A DNA stretch of 64,000 nucleotides from NCBI GenBank assembly GCA_963526415.1, contig CAURNE010000002.1:71501-135500 (forward strand). Direction: 5' to 3'. The DNA comes from an uncultured bacterium (GTDB taxonomy: Bacteria > Patescibacteriota > Saccharimonadia > Saccharimonadales > Saccharimonadaceae). Below, piece after piece: positions 17,858 through 27,197 of this stretch (positions are counted from its first letter, which is position 1; each line of letters begins with the position of its first letter). The position numbers and the translations under genes were made by a program. Under the pieces are notes generated by a model. That model was not told the DNA's origin. It was given only the letters and a program-made list of their open reading frames with translations, and ran no database searches.

Positions 17858-20002
17858 ATGGATTTAGTGAAAGGCTTAAATAAAAATCAAAAAAACGCGG
17901 TGGAAACTTTGAGCGGGCCAATGCTGATTTTAGCCGGCGCAGGAAGTGGAAAAACAAAAACCTTAACGCATCGAATTGCGAATTTGATTACACACGAAAC
18001 ACCGAGCGAGGCAATTTTGGCAGTGACTTTTACTAACAAAGCAGCACGCGAAATGCGAGAGCGCTTGGCTGAATTACTCGAACGTGATGCAAACGACCGT
18101 TTTTTTATGCCGTGGATGGGAACTTTTCACGGAATTTGTGTGAAGATTTTGCGGAAAAAGGGCGAGGCGATTGGAGTGGCGCCAAATTTTGTAATTTATG
18201 ACGAAGATGACCGACAAAACTTAATTAAAAAAATAATGAAAGATTTACACCTTGACGAAAAAAGCCTAAAACCACAAAGTGTAAGTGCAACAATTTCGAA
18301 CGCAAAAAACCAGCTTTTAACGGCAGAAGAATTTTCCGCCAGCGCAAACTGGGGTTTTGAAAAAAAAGTTGCGGAGATTTTTGTTAAATATGAAGAAGAA
18401 CGAAACAAGGCGAATGCGCTCGATTTTGACGATTTGCTTTTCGAAACGGTAAAATTACTTCAACAAAATCCAGAAGTGCGAAAATTTTGGCGCGATAAAT
18501 TCGAACATATTTTAATTGATGAATATCAGGACACGAACGCCGCACAATATGCGATTGTAAAAATGTTGGTAAATTCAAAACAAAATATTTGTGTTGTTGG
18601 TGATGATTGGCAGAGTATTTATTCTTGGCGTGGTGCGGATTTTACGAATATTCTAAATTTCGAACGCGATTACAAAGGCGCAAAAGTAATTAAATTGGAA
18701 CAAAATTATCGCTCAACTGAAAATATTTTGAACGCTGCACACAACGTGATTTCAAAAAATCACAATCGAACCGATAAAAAACTCTTTACCGAACTTGGAA
18801 AAGGTGAGCCAGTTTTGGTGCAAAGTGCGCGAGATGAGACCGAAGAAGCTGCTAAAATTGCAGGCCAGATTTTTAGTTTTAAAACTGTTGGCGCGCGAAA
18901 ATTTAGCGATTTCGCAATTCTTTATCGCACAAATGCGCAAAGTTATAATTTCGAAAAAGCGATGATTAGATATCAAATTCCGTATAAAATTTTTGGCGGA
19001 ACACGTTTTTATGATCGCAAAGAAGTTAAGGATATTTTGGCGTATTTACGCGTAATTTATAATCCACTAGACCGCGTAGCTTTTGAAAGAATCGTGAATG
19101 TTCCGGCACGCGGTTTGGGTGCAGTAAGCCTTTCGAAATTCTTGGATTGGCAAAGTTCGAATGGTTTGGATTTGATTTCGAGCTTGATTAGTGCAGGCGA
19201 GCTTTCAACTTTGGCAACTCGGGCACGAAATTCTTTAGTGAATTTGGGTGAGATTTTTCGCGAATGTCAAATTTTAAGCGAGAATTCTTCAAACCCAAGC
19301 GAAATTATTGAGCGAATTTTGGAACGGACGAATTATGGTAAAAACGAAAAATTGACTGAAATCGAGGAAACTGAACGGAGCGAATATCTTTCAACCTTGG
19401 TTAGTGAGGCGAAAAATTATGCAGATTTGGCGAGTTTTTTGGAAGATGCTGCACTAATGAGCTCAGCTGATGCGAAAAGTGGTGATGAAGTGAATTTGAT
19501 GACACTTCATTCGGCTAAAGGCTTGGAGTTTCCAGTGGTATTTTTGGCAGGAATGGAAGAAGGAATTTTTCCGCACAGCCGAATTTTTGATACAGGTGAA
19601 GATGATTTAGAAGAAGAGCGTCGGCTTTGCTACGTAGGAATGACGCGTGCACGAGAAGAGCTGATTTTAAGTTATGCCGAATCGCGAGCTGTTTTTGGAC
19701 AGCGGAATTATTCCAGCCCGAGCCGATTTATTACTGATGCTGAACTGGAGCTACCGAAAAAAGATTTTGGCGGGTGGAATGATTTTTCGGAAGAAGATGA
19801 TTATAGTCAAGAGGTTAATTTTGAAGAATTTAATGATTTTTATTCTGATGAATGTGGCTTACAAATTGGCGATCGCGTAAAAAGCCCTGCTTTTGGTGCT
19901 GGCGTCGTTAAAGATATTGACGGAATGGCGGTGGAAATTAAGTTCGAAAATGGAAAAATTCGAAAACTAAACGCCGAATTTGCACGCCTTGAAAAGCTCT
20001 AA
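17858..20002 (+). CDS. pcrA: UvrD/PcrA ATP-dependent DNA helicase
   Basis: LAGAGSGKT, AVTFTNKAA, LIDEYQDTN, VGDDWQSIYSWRGA, LEQNYRS, MTLHSAKGLEF, EEERRLCYVGMTRA, C-terminal Tudor-like tail; start reset to ATG 17858. Confidence 0.97.
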   Translation: MDLVKGLNKNQKNAVETLSGPMLILAGAGSGKTKTLTHRIANLITHETPSEAILAVTFTNKAAREMRERLAELLERDANDRFFMPWMGTFHGICVKILRKKGEAIGVAPNFVIYDEDDRQNLIKKIMKDLHLDEKSLKPQSVSATISNAKNQLLTAEEFSASANWGFEKKVAEIFVKYEEERNKANALDFDDLLFETVKLLQQNPEVRKFWRDKFEHILIDEYQDTNAAQYAIVKMLVNSKQNICVVGDDWQSIYSWRGADFTNILNFERDYKGAKVIKLEQNYRSTENILNAAHNVISKNHNRTDKKLFTELGKGEPVLVQSARDETEEAAKIAGQIFSFKTVGARKFSDFAILYRTNAQSYNFEKAMIRYQIPYKIFGGTRFYDRKEVKDILAYLRVIYNPLDRVAFERIVNVPARGLGAVSLSKFLDWQSSNGLDLISSLISAGELSTLATRARNSLVNLGEIFRECQILSENSSNPSEIIERILERTNYGKNEKLTEIEETERSEYLSTLVSEAKNYADLASFLEDAALMSSADAKSGDEVNLMTLHSAKGLEFPVVFLAGMEEGIFPHSRIFDTGEDDLEEERRLCYVGMTRAREELILSYAESRAVFGQRNYSSPSRFITDAELELPKKDFGGWNDFSEEDDYSQEVNFEEFNDFYSDECGLQIGDRVKSPAFGAGVVKDIDGMAVEIKFENGKIRKLNAEFARLEKL

Positions 20003-20045
20003 AAATTTGACCTTTTGTGTTTTATTTGATAAAATAGTTTTAATA

Positions 20046-21239
20046 ATGCGAGTTTTACAACCAATTTATTTCTATAAAAAACAGATTACAATTGCGGGAT
20101 TTTCTGCGCTTGGATTTTTACTTTTATTAAATATATTCGCGATTGCTGGGCGAAATTCCGCAAAAGCAACAGGCCAGGGAAATAAAGTTCTGACTGTTTT
20201 TGAAAATGGTAAAAAAACATCTTTCAAAACTAATGCGAAAACTGTTCGCGAGGCCTTAAAAGCACAAAAAATCGGCTTCTCAAAAGAAGATACGATCGAG
20301 CCAAGCCTTGACGGCGAACTCACGAGCGCAGACTACAGCGTGAATATTTATCGTGCAAAACCTGTCGTAATTGAAGATGGTGATTCGAAAATTAAAGTGA
20401 TGACCGCCGCACAAACTCCGCGGCAAATCGCGCAAAAATCTGGTATTAAAATTCACGACGAAGATAAACTCGCTTTTGAACAATCTGGGAATATTCTTGA
20501 AGATGGCGTGACGAATTTATTGAAAATTACTCGTGCGAAACAAATTTCGGTTGAACTTTTTGGCAAAAAAGAAATTTTTCGAACACAAAGCAAAACTGTT
20601 GCGGACTTTTTGAACGAGAAAAAAATCTCACTCACAAAAGACGACGGAATTGATATTGATAAAAAAACGGCGATTTCAAATGGTTTGAGTTTTAGAATTT
20701 GGCGAAACGGGAAACAGACTGTAACAGTCGAGGAAGAAACTAATTTTGCAATCGAAACGATTCGAGACGCAAACAAAGATTCCAGCTATAAAGAAATTAA
20801 AGAAGCCGGCGAAAAGGGTTCAAAAAGTGTAACTTATGAAATCGAAATGCAAAATGGCAAAGAAGTTTCTCGCAAAAAAATCAACGAAACCGAAATTAAA
20901 GCCGCAAAAAAACAGATTGAAATTATTGGAATAAAGGTTAATTTACCAGCTGGCTCACATACAGACTGGATGAGTGCGGCGGGAATTCCTGCGGGAGAGC
21001 AAGGTATTGCAAACGCAATTATTAGCCAAGAATCTGGCTGGCGAGTTAATGCAACAAATAAATCAAGTGGTGCATATGGAATTCCGCAAGCTTTACCAGG
21101 TTCAAAAATGGCAAGCGCCGGCGCAGACTGGCAAACAAACCCAATTACACAGTTAAAATGGATGAATTCTTATGTGATTGGTCGTTACAAGAGTTGGCAA
21201 GGTGCATCCGATCATAAAGCACGCACAGGTTGGTACTAA
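20046..21239 (+). CDS. YabE/RpfB-like cell-wall protein: TM anchor, DUF348 repeats, G5 domain, lytic transglycosylase domain
   Basis: T.AKTVREAL / TVADFL DUF348-like repeats, G5-like GEKG...VTYE, IISQESGW..NATN.SSGAYGIPQALPGSKMASAGADW; adjacent to rsmA. Confidence 0.88.
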   Translation: MRVLQPIYFYKKQITIAGFSALGFLLLLNIFAIAGRNSAKATGQGNKVLTVFENGKKTSFKTNAKTVREALKAQKIGFSKEDTIEPSLDGELTSADYSVNIYRAKPVVIEDGDSKIKVMTAAQTPRQIAQKSGIKIHDEDKLAFEQSGNILEDGVTNLLKITRAKQISVELFGKKEIFRTQSKTVADFLNEKKISLTKDDGIDIDKKTAISNGLSFRIWRNGKQTVTVEEETNFAIETIRDANKDSSYKEIKEAGEKGSKSVTYEIEMQNGKEVSRKKINETEIKAAKKQIEIIGIKVNLPAGSHTDWMSAAGIPAGEQGIANAIISQESGWRVNATNKSSGAYGIPQALPGSKMASAGADWQTNPITQLKWMNSYVIGRYKSWQGASDHKARTGWY

Positions 21240-22114
21240 TGAGCGAGCTTAAATTTAACCAAAAATCTAGTCAAAAAAAATCTAAAAAAAGCGAAAATTC
21301 AAATCTCAAAAATAACAAATCGCTTGGTCAGCACTGGTTGCGAGATCGTGAGATTTTGGATGCGATTGCTTTTTCGGCCGAAATTGAAGATGGCGATTTC
21401 GTTCTTGAAATTGGCCCTGGGCTTGGCACACTAACTTCTTCACTTTTGAAATTTGCCGGTAAAAATGGTCGGGTTCTTTCGGTTGAATTCGACGAAAATC
21501 TGGCAAAAAAACTACCAGAGCAATTTCCTGGGAAAAACTTAGAAATTATTAACGCTGATTTTTTAGATTTTGATCTTTCAAAATTGCCAAACAACTACAA
21601 AGTTGCAGCCAATGTGCCATATTATATCACTTCAAAAATCGTTGAAAAATTACTCACGAGCGAAAACAAACCAAGCGTTGCGGCGCTTTTAGTACAAAAA
21701 GAAGTGGCTGAGCGAATGGCAGCCAAAGCGGGCGAATTGAGCATTTTAGCGATTGCTTCACAAATTTATGCCGAAGTTTCGCTAGATATTTTAGTACCAC
21801 GTGAATTTTTCACACCGCCACCAAAAGTGGATTCGCAAGTGGTGGTTTTGAAAAGTCGCGAGCAGAATCTGATTGAAATTTTTAATTCAAAAAATAATTG
21901 TGAAGTTTCTGAAAGGGAATTTTTTCGAATTATAAAAGCTGGCTTTGCCGCAAAACGTAAAAAAATTGCCAAAAGTTTGAGCGCTAATCTTGCAATCTCA
22001 AAAGAGCAAACAGCTGAAATTTTAGAAAAATGCGAGATTTCACCAGATTTGCGAGCACAAGATTTAAAGATTGAGGACTGGATCAAAATTTCGAAAGTCT
22101 TTTTCGATAAGTAG
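21239..22114 (+). CDS. rsmA: 16S rRNA dimethyltransferase RsmA/KsgA
   Basis: KSLGQHWL, LEIGPGLGTLT, ANVPYYITS, QKEVAER, FTPPPKVDS. Confidence 0.97.
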   Translation: MSELKFNQKSSQKKSKKSENSNLKNNKSLGQHWLRDREILDAIAFSAEIEDGDFVLEIGPGLGTLTSSLLKFAGKNGRVLSVEFDENLAKKLPEQFPGKNLEIINADFLDFDLSKLPNNYKVAANVPYYITSKIVEKLLTSENKPSVAALLVQKEVAERMAAKAGELSILAIASQIYAEVSLDILVPREFFTPPPKVDSQVVVLKSREQNLIEIFNSKNNCEVSEREFFRIIKAGFAAKRKKIAKSLSANLAISKEQTAEILEKCEISPDLRAQDLKIEDWIKISKVFFDK

Positions 22115-22127
22115 TACGCTTATGCTA

Positions 22128-22153
22128 TTGAAAAAAAAAAAAAGATTTATAAT
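22128..22153 (+). promoter_or_regulatory. Pilin promoter with A13 homopolymer between -35 and -10
   Basis: TTGAAA (22128-33), A run 22131-22143, TATAAT (22148-53); spacer 14 bp. Confidence 0.7.
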
Positions 22154-22159
22154 TAAGTT

Positions 22160-22792
22160 ATGAACAAAAAAATAGAGCTCAAATTCAATCAAAATAAAAA
22201 TAATTTTAAAGGATTCACAATTATTGAAGTCGTATTGGTATTAGCAATAGCTGGATTAATCTTTTTAATGGTGTTTTTAGCACTACCAGCACTTCAACGA
22301 GCACAAAGAGATACGCAGCGAAAGCAAGATGTTGCAATGGTTGTGACAGCTTTGCACAATTGGAAAGCTAATAATAAAGGTCGAGGATATACAAGTATGG
22401 GGAATAGTATATTAACACCGCTAACAAAGCTAAGTGAAGAAGAGAAAAAATATAATCTGAGTGTTAGCATTGATTCAGTAAAAAACAGCCCTTTAAATAA
22501 TTATATTGGTTTCAGTATTGAGAACAATACAAATAAAAACGATAGTTCTTCAAGTTTAAGTTTAAATACTACAATCGTTTCAACAATAAGTATTCCTGAT
22601 GGTAGAGATATTATTAGACTAGATACTCGGAGCCTTAAAAATCACGAAAGAATTGAAATAGTATTTGATATGGGGTGTGGTAACATAGAACAAGCATCAG
22701 ACGGAGCAATTCTACTGAGAGATGTAAAAAAAGGAACAGCTGCAGTTATACATTCTTTGGAATCTGGCGGAGCTTATTGTCAAGAAGCCTAA
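22160..22792 (+). CDS. Type IV pilin (second paralog)
   Basis: KG/FTIIEVVLVLAIAGLIFLMVFLALPALQRAQRDTQRK; C-terminal Cys pair ending LESGGAYCQEA. Confidence 0.9.
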   Translation: MNKKIELKFNQNKNNFKGFTIIEVVLVLAIAGLIFLMVFLALPALQRAQRDTQRKQDVAMVVTALHNWKANNKGRGYTSMGNSILTPLTKLSEEEKKYNLSVSIDSVKNSPLNNYIGFSIENNTNKNDSSSSLSLNTTIVSTISIPDGRDIIRLDTRSLKNHERIEIVFDMGCGNIEQASDGAILLRDVKKGTAAVIHSLESGGAYCQEA

Positions 22793-22861
22793 AACTTTTC
22801 GAAAGCCCAAAATCTTGGGCTTTTGTTTTTATTTGATTTTTATGATATAATTATAAGCAGT

Positions 22862-24382
22862 ATGACAAAGAAAAAACTTTATATCACCACCGCGATTCCA
22901 TACGCGAATGGCGCGCCGCATATCGGAAATGCACTTGATTATTTGATTGCCGACATCTGGGCACGATATCAACACCAGCAGGGAAACGAAGTGCGTTTTC
23001 AAGTTGGAACAGATGAGCACGGTAATAAAATCGCTGAAAAAGCCGCTGAAAACGGCTTAACTCCACAAGAATATGTTGACGGAACTGTTCAGAATTTCAA
23101 AAATTTGATGGACAAAATGAAAACAACTTATACCGATTTTGTTCGGACAACAGATTCGCACCACGTGGGAGCATCGCAGTATATTTGGATGAAACTCCAA
23201 CCCTATATCTATAAAAATTCTTACGAAGGCTGGTATTGTACGGGTTGCGAGAGTTTTTACACAGAAAAGGAAGTTACGGAATTTCACGGTGTTTGCCCGA
23301 ATCATCAAAAACCTTTCGAAAGACTTTCGGAAGAGAATTATTATTTGCGAATTTCGGAATTTACACCAAAAATCATTGAAGCTATCGAATCCGGCAAGAT
23401 GAAAATTGTGCCAGAATATCGCAAAAAAGAATTTTTGAATTTCTTGAAAGGCGGACTTGAAGATGTCTCAATTTCGCGACCAAAGAAAAATCTAACTTGG
23501 GGCGTTCCTGTTCCTGGTGATCCTGAGCAGGTGATGTATGTTTGGATTGATGCGTTGGCGAATTATCTAAGCGTTATTGGTTATCCTGATATTTCTGGCT
23601 GGGAAGAATTTTGGCCAGCAAATGTACAAATTATCGGAAAAGATATTTTGCGTTTTCATGCAGGAATTTGGCCAGCAATGTTGCTTGGGCTTGAACTTCC
23701 TTTGCCAAAAATTTTGCTTGTCCATGGGCACATTTCAAGCGGTGGTGTAAAAATGAGCAAATCGATTGGAAATGTGGTTGATCCAAACGAAATTATCGAT
23801 AACTATGGTCTTGATGCTTTTCGCTATTATTTCTCACGCCACGTTCCAACACAAGATGACGGCGATTTTACTTGGGAAAAATTCGAAAATGCTTACAACA
23901 ACGAACTCGGAAATGACCTCGGAAATCTCGCTTCACGCGTAGCGAATATGGTTAAACGCTACCAAGCTGGCGTTGTGGGTGAAATCCCTCGAGATGAACA
24001 CGACCGCCACACTTACAATACTTTTATGAATTCGCTCGAATTCAATAAAGCGATCGACGAAGCCTGGGGTTTGGTTCGCGCACATAATCAATATATTGAA
24101 GGTGTAAAACCTTGGGAAATCGCCAAAAAAGCTAAAGAAGATAAGGATGAAGAAAACCACTTGGCAGAAGTTTTGACACATTCTGTTTCAGGATTGCTCC
24201 AAATCGGTGAAATGGTCGCACCATTTATGCCCGAAACGGCCGAAAAAATCCAAACTATCTTTGGTAGCGGTGTAATTCGTGATGAAGAAATCGGCTTACT
24301 TTTCCCAAAGATTTATCTAAAAACACCTGATCCACGCGCAGCAAAAATCGCAGCCACACAAAATAATCAAGCTAAAAAATAA
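22862..24382 (+). CDS. metG: Methionine--tRNA ligase (short form)
   Basis: YITTAIPYANGAPHIGNA, GTDEHG, YVWIDAL, GKDILRFH, KMSKSIGN; start reset to ATG 22862. Confidence 0.98.
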   Translation: MTKKKLYITTAIPYANGAPHIGNALDYLIADIWARYQHQQGNEVRFQVGTDEHGNKIAEKAAENGLTPQEYVDGTVQNFKNLMDKMKTTYTDFVRTTDSHHVGASQYIWMKLQPYIYKNSYEGWYCTGCESFYTEKEVTEFHGVCPNHQKPFERLSEENYYLRISEFTPKIIEAIESGKMKIVPEYRKKEFLNFLKGGLEDVSISRPKKNLTWGVPVPGDPEQVMYVWIDALANYLSVIGYPDISGWEEFWPANVQIIGKDILRFHAGIWPAMLLGLELPLPKILLVHGHISSGGVKMSKSIGNVVDPNEIIDNYGLDAFRYYFSRHVPTQDDGDFTWEKFENAYNNELGNDLGNLASRVANMVKRYQAGVVGEIPRDEHDRHTYNTFMNSLEFNKAIDEAWGLVRAHNQYIEGVKPWEIAKKAKEDKDEENHLAEVLTHSVSGLLQIGEMVAPFMPETAEKIQTIFGSGVIRDEEIGLLFPKIYLKTPDPRAAKIAATQNNQAKK

Positions 24383-24430
24383 CCAGAAACCTCGGCTTTG
24401 CGCTGAGGTTTCAAATTTCGAAAGGATAAA

Positions 24431-25213
24431 ATGAAAATTATCGATTCACATTGTCATATTCACGACCAAAATTTCCCAATTCCTTGCGCAGAAGTTTTTG
24501 AAAATATGAAAACTGCTGGAATCTCGAAAGCTATTTGCATTGGAGAAAATCTTGAAAATTCCAAAATAGCCGCCAAATTTGCTGCTGAAAATTCGGGCGA
24601 AATTGAACTTTTTTCTGCGATTGGCGTTCATCCTCACGAAGCAGGAAAATATAATCCAAAAGAGTTGATTCTTGAACTTGAACAACTTTCAAAAAGCCCA
24701 AAAGTTGTGGCAATTGGCGAAATTGGCCTCGATTATTTTTATGAAAATTCCGATCGTGAAGCACAAAAAATAATTTTGAGAGCTCAGCTTGAACTTGCGC
24801 AAAAATTAAATTTGCCAGTTAGTTTTCATGTTCGAAATGCGTTCGAAGATTTTTGGCCAATTTTTGATGAAGTTTCCAGAAACGGCAAAATTCGCGGCGT
24901 TTTACATTCTTTTACCGACTCAAAAGAAAACCTCAAACAAGCTTTACGCCGAGATTTATTTATTGGCGTAAATGGAATTTCAACTTTTGTCAAAAAACCC
25001 GAAGAGCTGGAAATGTTTGATCAGATTCCGCTTTCGAAAATCCTGATCGAAACTGATGCGCCATTTTTAGCACCAAAAGGAGAGCGAGGAAAACCAAATC
25101 AGCCAGCTTTTTCAAAATTGATTGTTGAAGATTTGGCTAAAAAACGTGGAATCTCAACTGAAGAAATCGCAAAAATCACGAGTGAAAATTCAGAGAAATT
25201 GTTTAATATTTAA
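24431..25213 (+). CDS. tatD: TatD family deoxyribonuclease
   Basis: IDSHCH, GVHPH, AIGEIGLDY, FHVR, GVLHSF, ETDAPFLAP. Confidence 0.96.
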   Translation: MKIIDSHCHIHDQNFPIPCAEVFENMKTAGISKAICIGENLENSKIAAKFAAENSGEIELFSAIGVHPHEAGKYNPKELILELEQLSKSPKVVAIGEIGLDYFYENSDREAQKIILRAQLELAQKLNLPVSFHVRNAFEDFWPIFDEVSRNGKIRGVLHSFTDSKENLKQALRRDLFIGVNGISTFVKKPEELEMFDQIPLSKILIETDAPFLAPKGERGKPNQPAFSKLIVEDLAKKRGISTEEIAKITSENSEKLFNI

Positions 25214-25276
25214 GTTTTACTATATTGACAAAAAGCTTGAAATATGATACAATTTTAGCATATTTGAGGTTTTAAA

Positions 25277-25966
25277 ATGAATAGTTCAGACAAAAGTTTA
25301 TACCAAATTCCTTATTATCCAGAAGCTCAGCCAGAGCCAGCTTTCGAAAAACCCACGATTAAAATTGCTTATGATGCACCAAAGCATATGCCACTTGACC
25401 AAAAACAACAGATTAAAAAACCAACTTTTCGAAATATTCATCAAAATCCACCAAGCAGTCAAATTGATATTTTTGGCGAAATGTTTGCAAAAAGTGCACA
25501 GATTTTACATTTTCGAACTTTGGCGGAAGAAGAAATTCGGCTCTCACACTTAAAATATACCAGAAAATCTTTTTTGAAAAATTCAAAAAAACACGAAAGC
25601 AATCAACTTTATTATAAATATCTTTTTGCGGGCTTCAGGAAAAACCCGCAAGATATTTCGCGCGCACTGATTAATCTTGAAAGTAAAGTTGGGATGAAGA
25701 TTTTTGGCCCAGTTTCAAATGGGATTCGGCGAGAATTTTTTGTGCTTGATCATAATTCGTGGATTTATCACGAGGAATGGATTGACGGCAGGCGAAAAGT
25801 CCACCAAAATACAATTCGCTACGAACTTCGAAAAGATCAGGTGATTAAAATCGAGGCCGGCCCGCATTATTTCGACCTTAAAGGCGCAGAACTTAGAAAT
25901 TTCCACCACGCGGTTCAAACTTATTATCAGAATGTTTCGCGATTGGTTTATGGCCGACAGGTTTGA
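25277..25966 (+). CDS. Hypothetical protein
   Basis: 229-aa ORF with TTGACA-17-TACAAT promoter and GAGG RBS; no function recognised. Confidence 0.75.
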   Translation: MNSSDKSLYQIPYYPEAQPEPAFEKPTIKIAYDAPKHMPLDQKQQIKKPTFRNIHQNPPSSQIDIFGEMFAKSAQILHFRTLAEEEIRLSHLKYTRKSFLKNSKKHESNQLYYKYLFAGFRKNPQDISRALINLESKVGMKIFGPVSNGIRREFFVLDHNSWIYHEEWIDGRRKVHQNTIRYELRKDQVIKIEAGPHYFDLKGAELRNFHHAVQTYYQNVSRLVYGRQV

Positions 25967-26029
25967 ACTTTTTAAAAAAGTGTGCTATAATTGAACAGAA
26001 TTGTTTTATTTTTTAACGAAAGGAAAGAG

Positions 26030-26155
26030 ATGGCTAAACACAAAAGTTGGCACGGCGCAGATCGCAAACGAGCTTTGCGCGCAAAACTAAAAATTGAAAA
26101 ACGCCGCGAAGCAAAACGCCGCGAACGAATCGCAGCTGCTTTGGCCGCAAAATAA
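26030..26155 (+). CDS. Small basic protein, 41 aa (not in the ORF track)
   Basis: MAKHKSWHGADRKRALRAKLKIEKRREAKRRERIAAALAAK; GAAAGGA RBS, TG-n-TATAAT upstream, hairpin terminator 26163-26195. Confidence 0.75.
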   Translation: MAKHKSWHGADRKRALRAKLKIEKRREAKRRERIAAALAAK

Positions 26156-26261
26156 TTTTCGAAAATCGCTCTCATGTGGGGGCGATTTGATTTTTTTAGA
26201 ATATTATGCTATAATTATAAAATCTATCGAATTTTCGAAATATATTTTGGAGGTGGAAGAA

Positions 26262-27122
26262 ATGGAAATTAAAGATAGAGGTATTTTAAATGTTACGAAA
26301 AAGGTTGAGAACGGCGAATGGCTGTTTTGATTTTTACACGAGCTTGGATTAGACCAACAAGGCGAGATTTCAGTTTGGCTTTCAAATCTGACTTATCAAG
26401 ACGATTCAGTTTTAGATATGACACCGGATGATATCTTAGATAAGGCATGCGTGGCTTTACTTTTCGATGAAGAAACGGATAGAGTGATTGCGTCGGCTTC
26501 AATGATGAAACCGCAAATTAATTCTTTTGGCCAGCGTTTGGGTGAAATTGGCTCAATGTTTACAGTGGAAGAGTATCAACGACAAGGCGCAGCGAGCTTT
26601 TTAGTTCAACAAATTGATGAATGGGCAAAAGAGCAAGATGATATTCACGGTGCATATGCTTTTTTGAACTCAAAATCTCCGCGAAGTTTTGCGGTGAATG
26701 GCTACAAAGGTGAACTTCAAAAAGAAGGAGTTATTTATAACGCGGCAGATATTACACCAGCTTATGCCTTTAATTTGTGTCGTACTATTTGTCGCGATAC
26801 AAAGGCAATTCATTTGATGGATTTGGAGCTTCGAAAAAAATTTCTCGAAGAAAACGCTGAAATGAATAATTTGGAAGAATTATTCCAGATTCGTGATGAG
26901 CTTAATTGTGCAAAATTTGAGCGGCGGAATCGTTTCGAAAAATTAATAAACGAAAATGAGCTTGAAATTAAAATTAAAACTTTTACAGTTCCAACAAAAG
27001 ATATGACCGAAAAGGAAATTGGGGAAGATATAAAAACTCATTGCGAAATTATCAACTTTTATCGTGACAATTTTAAAAATAATCTGCACTGCTGCGATGT
27101 AGTAGTTGCAAAATTATATTAA
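26262..27122 (+). pseudogene. GNAT-family acetyltransferase interrupted by an in-frame TGA at 26328-26330
   Basis: GGAGGTGG RBS plus ATG 26262 is in frame with ORF 26418; the only stop is TGA in WLF*FLHEL; GEIGSMFTVEEYQRQGAASFLV is GNAT motif A. Confidence 0.7.
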
Positions 27123-27197
27123 GCGGGCGAAATGCTCGCTTTTTTCTTGCTTTTCAAAACTGTTTATGTTAAAATATTTACATTAAGGAAGTGGGCG

